Shown here: positions 20,780-28,801 of the stretch, piece by piece
Layout: the number at the start of each line of letters is the position of its first letter
Position numbering within the stretch: the stretch's first letter is position 1
Origin: an uncultured Holophagales bacterium
GTDB taxonomy: Bacteria > Acidobacteriota > Thermoanaerobaculia > Multivoradales > UBA5704
DNA: 64,000 nt
Reading direction: 5' to 3'
Assembly (NCBI GenBank): GCA_963842525.1
Contig: CAWJGT010000003.1
Span: 896,001-960,000 of the forward strand
Position numbers and translations under genes: made by a program
The notes under the pieces: model-generated
Told to the model about the DNA's origin: nothing
Seen by the model: the letters and a program-made list of their open reading frames with translations, nothing else
The model's database searches: none

Positions 20780-22750
20780 TCAGTAGAGCAGCCACAGGGA
20801 GAGCAGGACCACGCCGGCGAAGAAGTAGAGCGCGTAGTTGCGGACGTTGCCGGTCGTGCTGAAGCGGCCCACCTCGCCGGCCATCTGGGTCATCCAGGCC
20901 GCGGTATGGATCGCGCCGTCGATCAGGAAGGTGTCGACTCCCTTCCAGAAGAACCGTGACAGGGCCGCGAGCGGCCGGACAATCAGCCGGTCGTAGACCT
21001 CGTCCACGTAATACTTGTTGACCAGCAGGCGGTGGACGCCGGGGAAGCGCGCGGCCAGCGTGCGCTCGGTCTCCAGGCTGCGATCGTCGCCGTAGAGCTT
21101 GCGGGCGACGAACAGGCCGCCGACGGCGGCGGCAATGGCAAGGACGAGCAGGACGAGTTGCAGCAGGATGCTCATCTCGTGCTCTTCCGGCTTGAGAAGG
21201 ACGATCGGCTCCAGCCAGTGGTGGAGCCAGTTGATGTCGCGGCCGGCCGAGAGGAGCTTGGGAATCCCGACGAAACCGGCGAGGACCGCGCCCGCCGCCA
21301 GGATCCAGAGCGGCAATGTCATGACCGGCGGCGACTCGTGCAGGTGATGCTCTTGATCACCATGCCCCGAGGCATGTTCCGATAGACCGCCGCGGAACTT
21401 GCCCGAGAACGTCATGTAGTGGGCGCGGAACATGTAAAAGGACGTCATCACCGCCGTGATCAGTCCGACGAGATAGAGCACCCACTGGTGCTCGGCCGCG
21501 GCGGCGTGGAGGATCTCGTCCTTGCTGAAGAAGCCGGCGAGCGGCGGGATGCCGGCGATCGCCAGGCAGCCGATCCAGAACTGTCTGCTCGTCTGCGGCA
21601 GGTGCTTGCCGAGCCCGCCCATCTTCTGCATGTCCTGCTCGCCGCCCATGGCATGGATCACCGAGCCGGAGCCGAGGAAGAGCAGGGCCTTGAAGAAGGC
21701 GTGCGTGCCGAGATGGAAGATCGCCGCCGTGTAGGCCCCCAGCCCCGCGGCCATGAACATGTAACCGAGCTGCGAGACGGTCGAATAGGCCAGCACCTTT
21801 TTGATATCGGTCTGCGTGAGCGCGATCGAGGCCGCGAAGATCGCCGTGGCCGCGCCGATCACCGCCACGAATTGCGAGACCCCGGGCGCGAGCTGATAGA
21901 TCACGTTGGTGCGGGCGATCATGTAGACGCCCGCGGTCACCATGGTCGCGGCATGGATCAGCGCCGACACCGGCGTCGGGCCGGCCATGGCGTCCGGCAG
22001 CCAGACATAGAGCGGGATCTGCGCGCTCTTGCCCATCGCGCCGATGAAGAAGCAGAGCGCGATGAAGCCGGCGAGCGACAGGCCCGCGAAGTATTCGCCC
22101 TGCACCAACGCCGGATTGCTCGCGATCCTTGGGAAGACCTCGCTGTATTTGAGCGATCCGAAGTGCGCGATCAGCGTGAACATGCCGATGAGGAATGCGG
22201 CGTCCCCGATGCGGTTGACGATGAACGCTTTCTTGCCGGCGAACGGCGGGAACGGCTGGTCGTAATAGAAACCGATCAGGAGGTACGAGCAGAGGCCGAC
22301 GCCCTCCCAGCCGACGAACATCACCAGGTAGTTGTCGCCCAGCACCAGCAGCAGCATCATCGCCATGAACAGGTTCAGATAGGCGAAGTAGCGCCGGTAT
22401 CCGGGGTCGTGCCCCATGTAGCCCACCGAATAGACGTGGATCAGAAAGCCCACGAAGGTGACGACGAAGAGCATCACCGCCGACAGCGCGTCGAGCTGGA
22501 ACGCGATGTCGATCTGCAGCGGGCCGGCGACCCAGGTGTAGAGGGTCTGCACGAAAGCCTGGGACGTGTCGCCTCCCGCATACTCGAAGAGACACCCGAG
22601 GGCGAGGAGCAGCGCCAGCAACGGCGCGCCGACGTTGATCACGGTGACCAGCGCCTTGGGCGGCTTGCGGCCGAGCAGGGCGTTGATCGTGGCGCCGGCG
22701 AACGGCAGGAGCGGGATCAGCCAGAGCAGGTCGAGCATGGCAACGTTCAC
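20780..22750 (-). CDS. nuoL: NADH-quinone oxidoreductase subunit L
   Basis: GWEGVGLCSYLLIGF, GKSAQIPLYVWLPDAMAGPTPVSALIHAATMVTAGV. Confidence 0.96.
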   Translation of the reverse strand: MNVAMLDLLWLIPLLPFAGATINALLGRKPPKALVTVINVGAPLLALLLALGCLFEYAGGDTSQAFVQTLYTWVAGPLQIDIAFQLDALSAVMLFVVTFVGFLIHVYSVGYMGHDPGYRRYFAYLNLFMAMMLLLVLGDNYLVMFVGWEGVGLCSYLLIGFYYDQPFPPFAGKKAFIVNRIGDAAFLIGMFTLIAHFGSLKYSEVFPRIASNPALVQGEYFAGLSLAGFIALCFFIGAMGKSAQIPLYVWLPDAMAGPTPVSALIHAATMVTAGVYMIARTNVIYQLAPGVSQFVAVIGAATAIFAASIALTQTDIKKVLAYSTVSQLGYMFMAAGLGAYTAAIFHLGTHAFFKALLFLGSGSVIHAMGGEQDMQKMGGLGKHLPQTSRQFWIGCLAIAGIPPLAGFFSKDEILHAAAAEHQWVLYLVGLITAVMTSFYMFRAHYMTFSGKFRGGLSEHASGHGDQEHHLHESPPVMTLPLWILAAGAVLAGFVGIPKLLSAGRDINWLHHWLEPIVLLKPEEHEMSILLQLVLLVLAIAAAVGGLFVARKLYGDDRSLETERTLAARFPGVHRLLVNKYYVDEVYDRLIVRPLAALSRFFWKGVDTFLIDGAIHTAAWMTQMAGEVGRFSTTGNVRNYALYFFAGVVLLSLWLLY

Positions 22751-23052
22751 CAGCGCATCAGGTTGATGCGGTTCAGGTCGATCGTGTGCCGCTGGCGGAA
22801 CACGGCGATGAAGAGGGCGAGCCCCACCGCGGCCTCTGCCGCGGCGACCGCCATCACGAACAGGACGACGATCTGCCCGGTGCGCACGTCGAGCTGGCGC
22901 GAATAGGCAATGAGAGTGAGATTGGCCGCGTTGAGCATCAGCTCGATCGACAGAAAGATGCTGATGCCGTTGCGCCGGGTGAGAGCGCCGACGGTGCCGA
23001 TGGCGAACAGCGCGGCGGCGAGCAGCAGATACCAGGAGACGGGGACGCTCAT
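22747..23052 (-). CDS. nuoK: NADH-quinone oxidoreductase subunit K
   Basis: SIELMLNAANL, AAAEAAVGLA. Confidence 0.95.
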   Translation of the reverse strand: MSVPVSWYLLLAAALFAIGTVGALTRRNGISIFLSIELMLNAANLTLIAYSRQLDVRTGQIVVLFVMAVAAAEAAVGLALFIAVFRQRHTIDLNRINLMRW

Positions 23053-23582
23053 GTCCGGGGTTCCCTCTCGGTCGCGTCAGACTGCGGCGGACGCCGGGCC
23101 GCTACCGTGGCGCCGATCACGGCGACCAGGAGCAGGAGCCCGACGATCTCGAACGGGAGCAGGTATTGATCGAAGAGCTCCCGGGCCAGGCCCTTGAGCG
23201 AGACCATCTGCGGATCGAGCGGCGTTGCTGGCGGCATTGTGGCCTGATAGGCGCCCAGGGCGAGGATCAGCAGGCCGCCGAAGACCATGGCGGCGAGCAC
23301 GGCCGCGACGATCTGCGGCCGCTGGCCGGCCATCTGCGACTCTTCCTTACCAATATTGAGCAGCATGATGACGAACAGGAAGAGCACCAGGATCGCGCCG
23401 GTGTAGACCAGGACCTGGAGGACGCCGATGAACGGCGCGCCCAGCATCACGAACAGCACCGCCAGCGAGAACAGCGTCAGCACCAGGCTCATCGTGGAGT
23501 AGACCGGATTCTTGTGGATCACCACCACGAGCGCCGATCCCAGCGCCAGCACGGCGAAGATGACGAAGGTCAAGAGCTCCAT
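23049..23582 (-). CDS. nuoJ: NADH-quinone oxidoreductase subunit J
   Basis: NPVYS, QVLVYTGAILVLFLFVIMLL, LLPFEIV. Confidence 0.95.
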   Translation of the reverse strand: MELLTFVIFAVLALGSALVVVIHKNPVYSTMSLVLTLFSLAVLFVMLGAPFIGVLQVLVYTGAILVLFLFVIMLLNIGKEESQMAGQRPQIVAAVLAAMVFGGLLILALGAYQATMPPATPLDPQMVSLKGLARELFDQYLLPFEIVGLLLLVAVIGATVAARRPPQSDATEREPRT

Positions 23583-23595
23583 GGCAACGCTCCCG

Positions 23596-24618
23596 TCACA
23601 GCCAGCCCGCCAGGGTCATCACGGCGACCAGGATCAGGTTGAAGATCGCGAGCGGCAGCAGGACCTTCCAGCCGAGCCGCATGAGCTGATCGTAGCGGAA
23701 GCGCGGGAAGGTCCAGCGCACCCAGACGAAGATCATCAGGCAGACCGCCACCTTGGCCATCAGGATCATCAGGCCCAGGGCCACGCCGAGCAGCCCGAGG
23801 CCTTCCAGCTCGATCCCCGGCAGGCTCCAGCCGCCGAAATAGAGCGTCACGCCGAGCGCCGAAAGAACGGCCATGTTCGTGTACTCGCCCATCATGAAGG
23901 CGGCGAAGCGCATGGCGCTGTATTCGGTGTGGAAGCCGGCGATCAGCTCCGACTCCGCCTCCGGCAGGTCGAAGGGGAGCCGGTTGGTCTCCGCGAACGC
24001 GGCGACCAGGAAGATCAGGAAACCGAGGATCTGGGGGATGAACATCCAGATGTGATCGCGCTGGTACTGCACCACGTCGCCGAGGTGGAACGAGCCCACC
24101 GGGATCACCGCGGCCAGCACAGCGAGCGCCATCGCCAACTCGTAGCTGATGAGCTGCGCCGAGGCGCGGATCGAGCCCATCAGCGAGAACTTGTTGTTCG
24201 ACGCGTACCCGGCGATCACCAGCGAATAGACGCTCAAGCTGGCGATGGCGAGGTAGAGGAGCACCCCGCTGTCGACGTTCGCGATCACCATCCGGTGGGT
24301 CTGGCCATTCGCTACGAGATCCGGGCCGAAAGGGATCACCACCAGGGTGGTGAAGGCCGGCAGCAGGGCGAGCACCGGCGCCATCAGGAAGAGCGGCTTG
24401 TCCGCCGCCGCCGGCATGACGTCCTCTTTGAAAAGGAATTTCAGGCCGTCCGCCAGCGTCTGGAACAGCCCCAGCGGCCCCACGCGGTTCGGGCCGAGGC
24501 GGTCCTGGATGAGGGCGCTGCCGCGCCGCTCCACCCAGTTCATGATGGGCGCCACGTTGAAGAAGACCAGGATGACCACCGCCATCTTGAGGACGGTCGC
24601 GGTGAGGTCGGCCGGCAT
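23596..24618 (-). CDS. nuoH: NADH-quinone oxidoreductase subunit H
   Basis: ERR...IQDRLGPNRVG, AETNRLPFDLPEAESEL, PRFRYDQLM. ATG at 24618. Confidence 0.96.
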   Translation of the reverse strand: MPADLTATVLKMAVVILVFFNVAPIMNWVERRGSALIQDRLGPNRVGPLGLFQTLADGLKFLFKEDVMPAAADKPLFLMAPVLALLPAFTTLVVIPFGPDLVANGQTHRMVIANVDSGVLLYLAIASLSVYSLVIAGYASNNKFSLMGSIRASAQLISYELAMALAVLAAVIPVGSFHLGDVVQYQRDHIWMFIPQILGFLIFLVAAFAETNRLPFDLPEAESELIAGFHTEYSAMRFAAFMMGEYTNMAVLSALGVTLYFGGWSLPGIELEGLGLLGVALGLMILMAKVAVCLMIFVWVRWTFPRFRYDQLMRLGWKVLLPLAIFNLILVAVMTLAGWL

Positions 24619-24620
24619 CG

Positions 24621-26309
24621 TCAGACCTCCAGCGTCGTTGCCGCGGTCGTGGCGTCGACGGCAGCCCGGGCCTCGGGGACGTTCAGGGTGACGCCGACCG
24701 CCGGCAGTTCCTTCCAGCTCAGCCCGGCGAAGGCCGGGTGCCCGGCGGCGAGACGGTCGAAGACCTGGCCGGCCGTGAGCTTCGCCCACGACGGATCGAA
24801 GCGCGCCAGCAGCTCCACCAGCGGCTCGATGAGCGGCCGGCTCTGACCCGGGGCGGGGTAGGCCGCCACGAAGCGCTGCAGCCGCCATTCAACGTTGACG
24901 AATGTGCCGTCCTTCTCGGCGTGGTTGGCCACCGGCAGGGCGATGTCCGCGGCCTTGGCGAGCGGCGAGTCGGCCCAGCCGAAGACCACCAGGAGCTTCG
25001 CCCGGCGGAGGCGCTCGACCGTGTCCGGATCGTAGGCCGCGCGGCCACTATTGCCGCCAAGATCGCTGTCGAGCACGATCAGCACGGAGCAGCGGGACGC
25101 GCCGTCTCCGAGCAGCAGCTCGTCGGCATCGAGGATCCCGGTCGGCGAGGTGCCCGGCGTCAGGCCGGCCAGCTCGGAGCCGCGGCGGTTGGGCGCGGCC
25201 TCCGTGCCTGCGATACCGCCCTTCGTGTTCGGGATCGTCCAGGTCGGTCCGAGCTCGACCGGCACCGAACGGTGCGGCGAGCCCGCGGCGTCGGCCAGCT
25301 TCGCGGCAACATGGGCCTCCTCGACGGTGAGGAAGCCGGAGCCGAGGAAGGCAACCGGCCCGTCTGCCAACTGGATCCGCCGGTGGACCAGATCGAGGGC
25401 CTCCTTCCAGCCGCCGAGGAAGCCTCCGTTTCCGGTGGCCTCGGGCTTGACGCGGACCGCGGCCAGGCGCGGGGTCGAGACGTAGCGTTCGAACGTCGAG
25501 CGCCCGTAGTCGCACATCCAGTAGTCGTTGACCTCGGGATTGAAGCGCGGCTTGTAGCGCTTGATCTTGCCGCGCCGGTGCTCGATCGTGATGTTGCACC
25601 CCACCTCGCAGCCGGTGCAGAGCGACGGCTTCTTGTCGAGGTAGAAGACGCGCTCGGCGAAACGGAAGCGGGTCGAGGTCAGGGCTCCCACCGGGCAGAT
25701 GTCCACCACGCAGGTGGAGAGGTGGGTCTCCAGCGGCTTGCCCGGGAAGGTGCCGATCTCGGCCCGGGCGCCGCGGTTGAAGAAGCCGAGCTCGCCCGTC
25801 TGCGAGACCTCCTGCGTGAACCGCACGCAGCGGGTGCACTGGATGCACCGGTTCATGTTGAGGATCACATTCGAGCCCAGCGGGATGCGCTCGCGGCCCG
25901 GATAGGTCCGCTTGTCCTCGAAACGAAAGCGCGAGAAGGCGACCCCGTGCTTGAACGAGTAGTCCTGGAGACCGCACTCGCCGGCCTGGTCGCAGATCGG
26001 GCAGTCGAGCGGATGATTGATCAGGAAAAACTCCATCATCCCCTTCTGCGCCTCTTCGACCTCGGGCACGTCCGTGCGCACCACCATGCCGTCCTTCATC
26101 ACCTGGGTGGAGCAGCCGGCCTGGAGCTTGGGCATCTTCCGGCCGTTGTCCGTGATCTCCACGAGGCACATGCGGCACTGGCCGACGACCGACAGGCGCG
26201 GGTGATAGCAATAGTGGGGGATCATCACGCCGGCCTTGAGGCCGGCCTCGACGAGGTTCGTGCCGGCCTCCACCTCCACCGTGCGGTCGTTGATCGTGAC
26301 TTTAGGCAT
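24621..26309 (-). CDS. nuoG: NADH-quinone oxidoreductase subunit G (562 aa, short form)
   Basis: CYHP..S..GQCRMC, HPLDCPICDQAGEC, CIQCTRC, CTGCEVGC Fe-S motifs. Confidence 0.92.
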   Translation of the reverse strand: MPKVTINDRTVEVEAGTNLVEAGLKAGVMIPHYCYHPRLSVVGQCRMCLVEITDNGRKMPKLQAGCSTQVMKDGMVVRTDVPEVEEAQKGMMEFFLINHPLDCPICDQAGECGLQDYSFKHGVAFSRFRFEDKRTYPGRERIPLGSNVILNMNRCIQCTRCVRFTQEVSQTGELGFFNRGARAEIGTFPGKPLETHLSTCVVDICPVGALTSTRFRFAERVFYLDKKPSLCTGCEVGCNITIEHRRGKIKRYKPRFNPEVNDYWMCDYGRSTFERYVSTPRLAAVRVKPEATGNGGFLGGWKEALDLVHRRIQLADGPVAFLGSGFLTVEEAHVAAKLADAAGSPHRSVPVELGPTWTIPNTKGGIAGTEAAPNRRGSELAGLTPGTSPTGILDADELLLGDGASRCSVLIVLDSDLGGNSGRAAYDPDTVERLRRAKLLVVFGWADSPLAKAADIALPVANHAEKDGTFVNVEWRLQRFVAAYPAPGQSRPLIEPLVELLARFDPSWAKLTAGQVFDRLAAGHPAFAGLSWKELPAVGVTLNVPEARAAVDATTAATTLEV

Positions 26310-27596
26310 TCAGGCTCCGTTCTGAAAGACCCGGCGCTTGGGGAACGGGCAGCGCCGCTCGCGCACGTGCTGCTCGATCTCGGGGAAAAAGCGATCGACC
26401 AGCGACTTGACCGGCCCGATGGCCGCGTCGCCGAGGGCGCAGAGCGAATTGCCGCCGATGTGGCCGCAGATCGAGAGGAGGAGCTGGCCGTCCGCCTCGC
26501 TCCCTTCGCCGTGCTCCAGCCGCTTGAGGAGCAGCTCCATCCAGTTCGTCCCCTCGCGGCACGGCGTGCACTGCCCGCACGATTCGTGATTGAAGAACTT
26601 GGCCAGGCGCGCCACCGAGCGGACCATGCAGGTCGTGTCGTCCATCACGATCACCGCCGCCGAGCCGAGCATCGAGCCGGCCTTGGCGACCGTGTCGAAA
26701 TCCATCTTGATGTCGATCAGCGACGCCGGCAGGATCGGCGCCGAGGCGCCGCCGGGAATGAACGCCTTGAGCGTGCCGCCCCGCCACATGCCGCCCGCGG
26801 CTTCGAGCATCTCGCGGAACGTGATGCCGATCGGGTGCTCGTACGTGCCGGGGCGCTCCACGTGGCCCGAAATGGCATAGAGCTTGGGGCCGGTGTTCTT
26901 CTCGTCCGTACCGATCGCCTTGAACCAGTCGGCGCCGCGCGTGAGGATGTGCGGCACGTTGCACAACGTCTCGACGTTGTTGATGACCGTCGGCTTGCCG
27001 AAGGCGCCTACCACGGCGGGGAAGGGCGGCTTGACGCGCGGCTGGCCGCGTTTGCCTTCGAGCGATTCGAGCATCCCCGTCTCTTCGCCGCAGATGTACG
27101 CTCCGGCGCCGCGGTGGACGTACATGTCCAGCTTGAAGCCCGAGCCCATGGCGTTGTCGCCGAGGATGCCCTCGTCATAGGCCTCGCGGATCGCCCGCTC
27201 CAGCATCACGGCCGACTTGGTGTACTCGCCGCGGATGTAGATGTAGCAGGTGTTGGCCTGGACCGCCCAGCAGCAGATGGCGCACCCCTCGATGAGCTGG
27301 TGCGGGTCGTTTTCCATCAGGAAGCGGTCCTTGAACGTGCCCGGCTCGGACTCGTCGGCGTTGCAGACGAGGTACTTGGGCGTGATGTTCTTGGGGATGA
27401 AGCTCCACTTGAGGCCGGCGGAGAAGCCGGCGCCGCCGCGCCCGCGGAGGCCGGACTTCTTGACCTCCTCGATGACCGCGTCGGGCTCCATCTTGACCGC
27501 CTTGGCCAGCCCCTCGTAGCCGCCGCCCTTGCGATACCCCTTGAGGGTGATGGCCTCGCGGCGGCCGGCGTTCCGGGTGAGCACCGGTTCGAACAT
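26310..27596 (-). CDS. nuoF: NADH-quinone oxidoreductase subunit F
   Basis: GLRGRGGAGF, NADESEPGTFKDR, GAGAYICGEET, ESCGQCTPCREG. Confidence 0.97.
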   Translation of the reverse strand: MFEPVLTRNAGRREAITLKGYRKGGGYEGLAKAVKMEPDAVIEEVKKSGLRGRGGAGFSAGLKWSFIPKNITPKYLVCNADESEPGTFKDRFLMENDPHQLIEGCAICCWAVQANTCYIYIRGEYTKSAVMLERAIREAYDEGILGDNAMGSGFKLDMYVHRGAGAYICGEETGMLESLEGKRGQPRVKPPFPAVVGAFGKPTVINNVETLCNVPHILTRGADWFKAIGTDEKNTGPKLYAISGHVERPGTYEHPIGITFREMLEAAGGMWRGGTLKAFIPGGASAPILPASLIDIKMDFDTVAKAGSMLGSAAVIVMDDTTCMVRSVARLAKFFNHESCGQCTPCREGTNWMELLLKRLEHGEGSEADGQLLLSICGHIGGNSLCALGDAAIGPVKSLVDRFFPEIEQHVRERRCPFPKRRVFQNGA

Positions 27597-28095
27597 TTAC
27601 TTCAGCCCTCGCACGATGTCGCGCGCCCGGCGCGGGGTGAGGTTCTCGTGATAGTCGTTGTCGACCATCATCATCGGCGCCGTGTCGCAGGAGCCGAGGC
27701 ATTCGAAATGGACATAGGTGCAGCGGCCGTCGGGCGTGATCTCGTCCTCTCCGACGCCGAGCTCCTCGTGCAGCGCCTCCATGATCTCCTCGGAGCCGCG
27801 GAGCTGGCACGACAGGTTCGTGCAGACGCGGATGCGGTGGCGTCCGACCGGTTTCTGGTGATAGAGGTCGTAGAAGGTGACGACGCCATACACCTTGGCC
27901 GGCGCGAGATCGAGCTCGGCGGCCACGGCCTGGATGGCCTCGTCGGGGAGCCAGCCGCCCCACAGGCGCTGAGCGATGTGGAGGGCCGGGAGCAGCGCCG
28001 CCTCGGTCGTGGGGTAGCGCGTGCGGATCTCGTCGAGCTCCCCTGCGCGCCTCGGGAGTGAACCCGGGAGCAACCTTCGGCTCGCTCACGCTCAT
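27597..28095 (-). CDS. nuoE: NADH-quinone oxidoreductase subunit E (apparent +1 frameshift in a G run near 28042)
   Basis: VCTNLSC and ECLGSCDTAP 2Fe-2S motifs. The likely start MSVSEPKVAPGFTPEARR overlaps the nuoA stop (ATGA) but lies in another frame. Confidence 0.9.
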
Positions 28096-28499
28096 GACAG
28101 CTCTCCAAAGCCCCTCGCGGTGTTCGCGGTGTTCCCGCGGCGGGGTCCGAGGTCGAGGCCGCCCTTGAGCCAGGCATAGGCGTACCCGACCAGGATGAGG
28201 AAGATGAACACCATCACCGCCCAGAACAGATCCCATCCCCCTTCGCGAAGGATGAGGGCCCACGGATAGAGGAAGGCGGCCTCGAGGTCGAAGACGATGA
28301 AGTCGATGGCGATCAGGAAGAAGGCGATCGACATGCGCTTGTGCGACCGATCGAGGAGCGGCATGCCCGACTCGATCGTCGACGTCTTGACGCGGCCGCC
28401 GCGCTGGTCGCCGAGCAGCCACGACAGGCTGAGGATCGCGATCCCGAGCAGGATGGCGAATCCCATCGTCAGCAGAACGGGGTAGTACTGCTCCGGCAA
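28092..28499 (-). CDS. nuoA: NADH-quinone oxidoreductase subunit A
   Basis: ESGM, FIVFDLEAAFLYPWA, YAWLKGGLD. TTG start with GGAGG. Confidence 0.93.
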   Translation of the reverse strand: MPEQYYPVLLTMGFAILLGIAILSLSWLLGDQRGGRVKTSTIESGMPLLDRSHKRMSIAFFLIAIDFIVFDLEAAFLYPWALILREGGWDLFWAVMVFIFLILVGYAYAWLKGGLDLGPRRGNTANTARGFGELS

Positions 28500-28539
28500 C
28501 GGTCAATCCTCCAGCAGCAGGTGACGCCCACTCCAGGGC

Positions 28540-28557
28540 ATGTGAAGGATGTCACAA
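28540..28557. promoter_or_regulatory. Rex operator upstream of nuoA
   Basis: ATGTGAA-GGAT-GTCACAA matches 12 of 14 specified positions of the Rex consensus TTGTGAA-N4-TTCACAA. It lies 41 bp upstream of the nuoA start in an operon ending in rex. Confidence 0.8.
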
Positions 28558-28634
28558 GCTCGGGGGCGGGGGCAAGGGTCCTCAGGGTCCGTTGAATGAG
28601 CGGGTGGGGGGCCCTGGGAGCGCCATCGCCAGCC

Positions 28635-28740
28635 CCGCCCGGCGATGAATCGCCGGGCTAGGAACGGCGCCCCATGAATGGGGCTTTGAAGCCGGGTTTA
28701 CCCGGCGCTGTTCCTAGCCCGGGCATTGATGCCCGGGCGG
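28635..28740. repeat. REP-like composite palindrome (family C)
   Basis: Nested hairpins CCCGGCGAT-gaa-TCGCCGGG, GCCCCAT-gaa-TGGGGC and CCCGGGCAT-tg-ATGCCCGGG, with inverted flanks GGGCTAGGAAC/GTTCCTAGCCC. Confidence 0.7.
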
Positions 28741-28801
28741 CAAGACGTGCCAAAGTTAGAGCCTGTGCGCCGGCCCAGCCCAATTCAGGGAGAATAGGGG
28801 G

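Noticed and set aside
24738-28061. Long ORFs antisense or out of frame to real genes (e.g. 24738..28061 +, 39772..43398 -, 36567..38549 -)
   Set aside because: Shadow ORFs caused by high-GC codon bias, with no recognisable domains.
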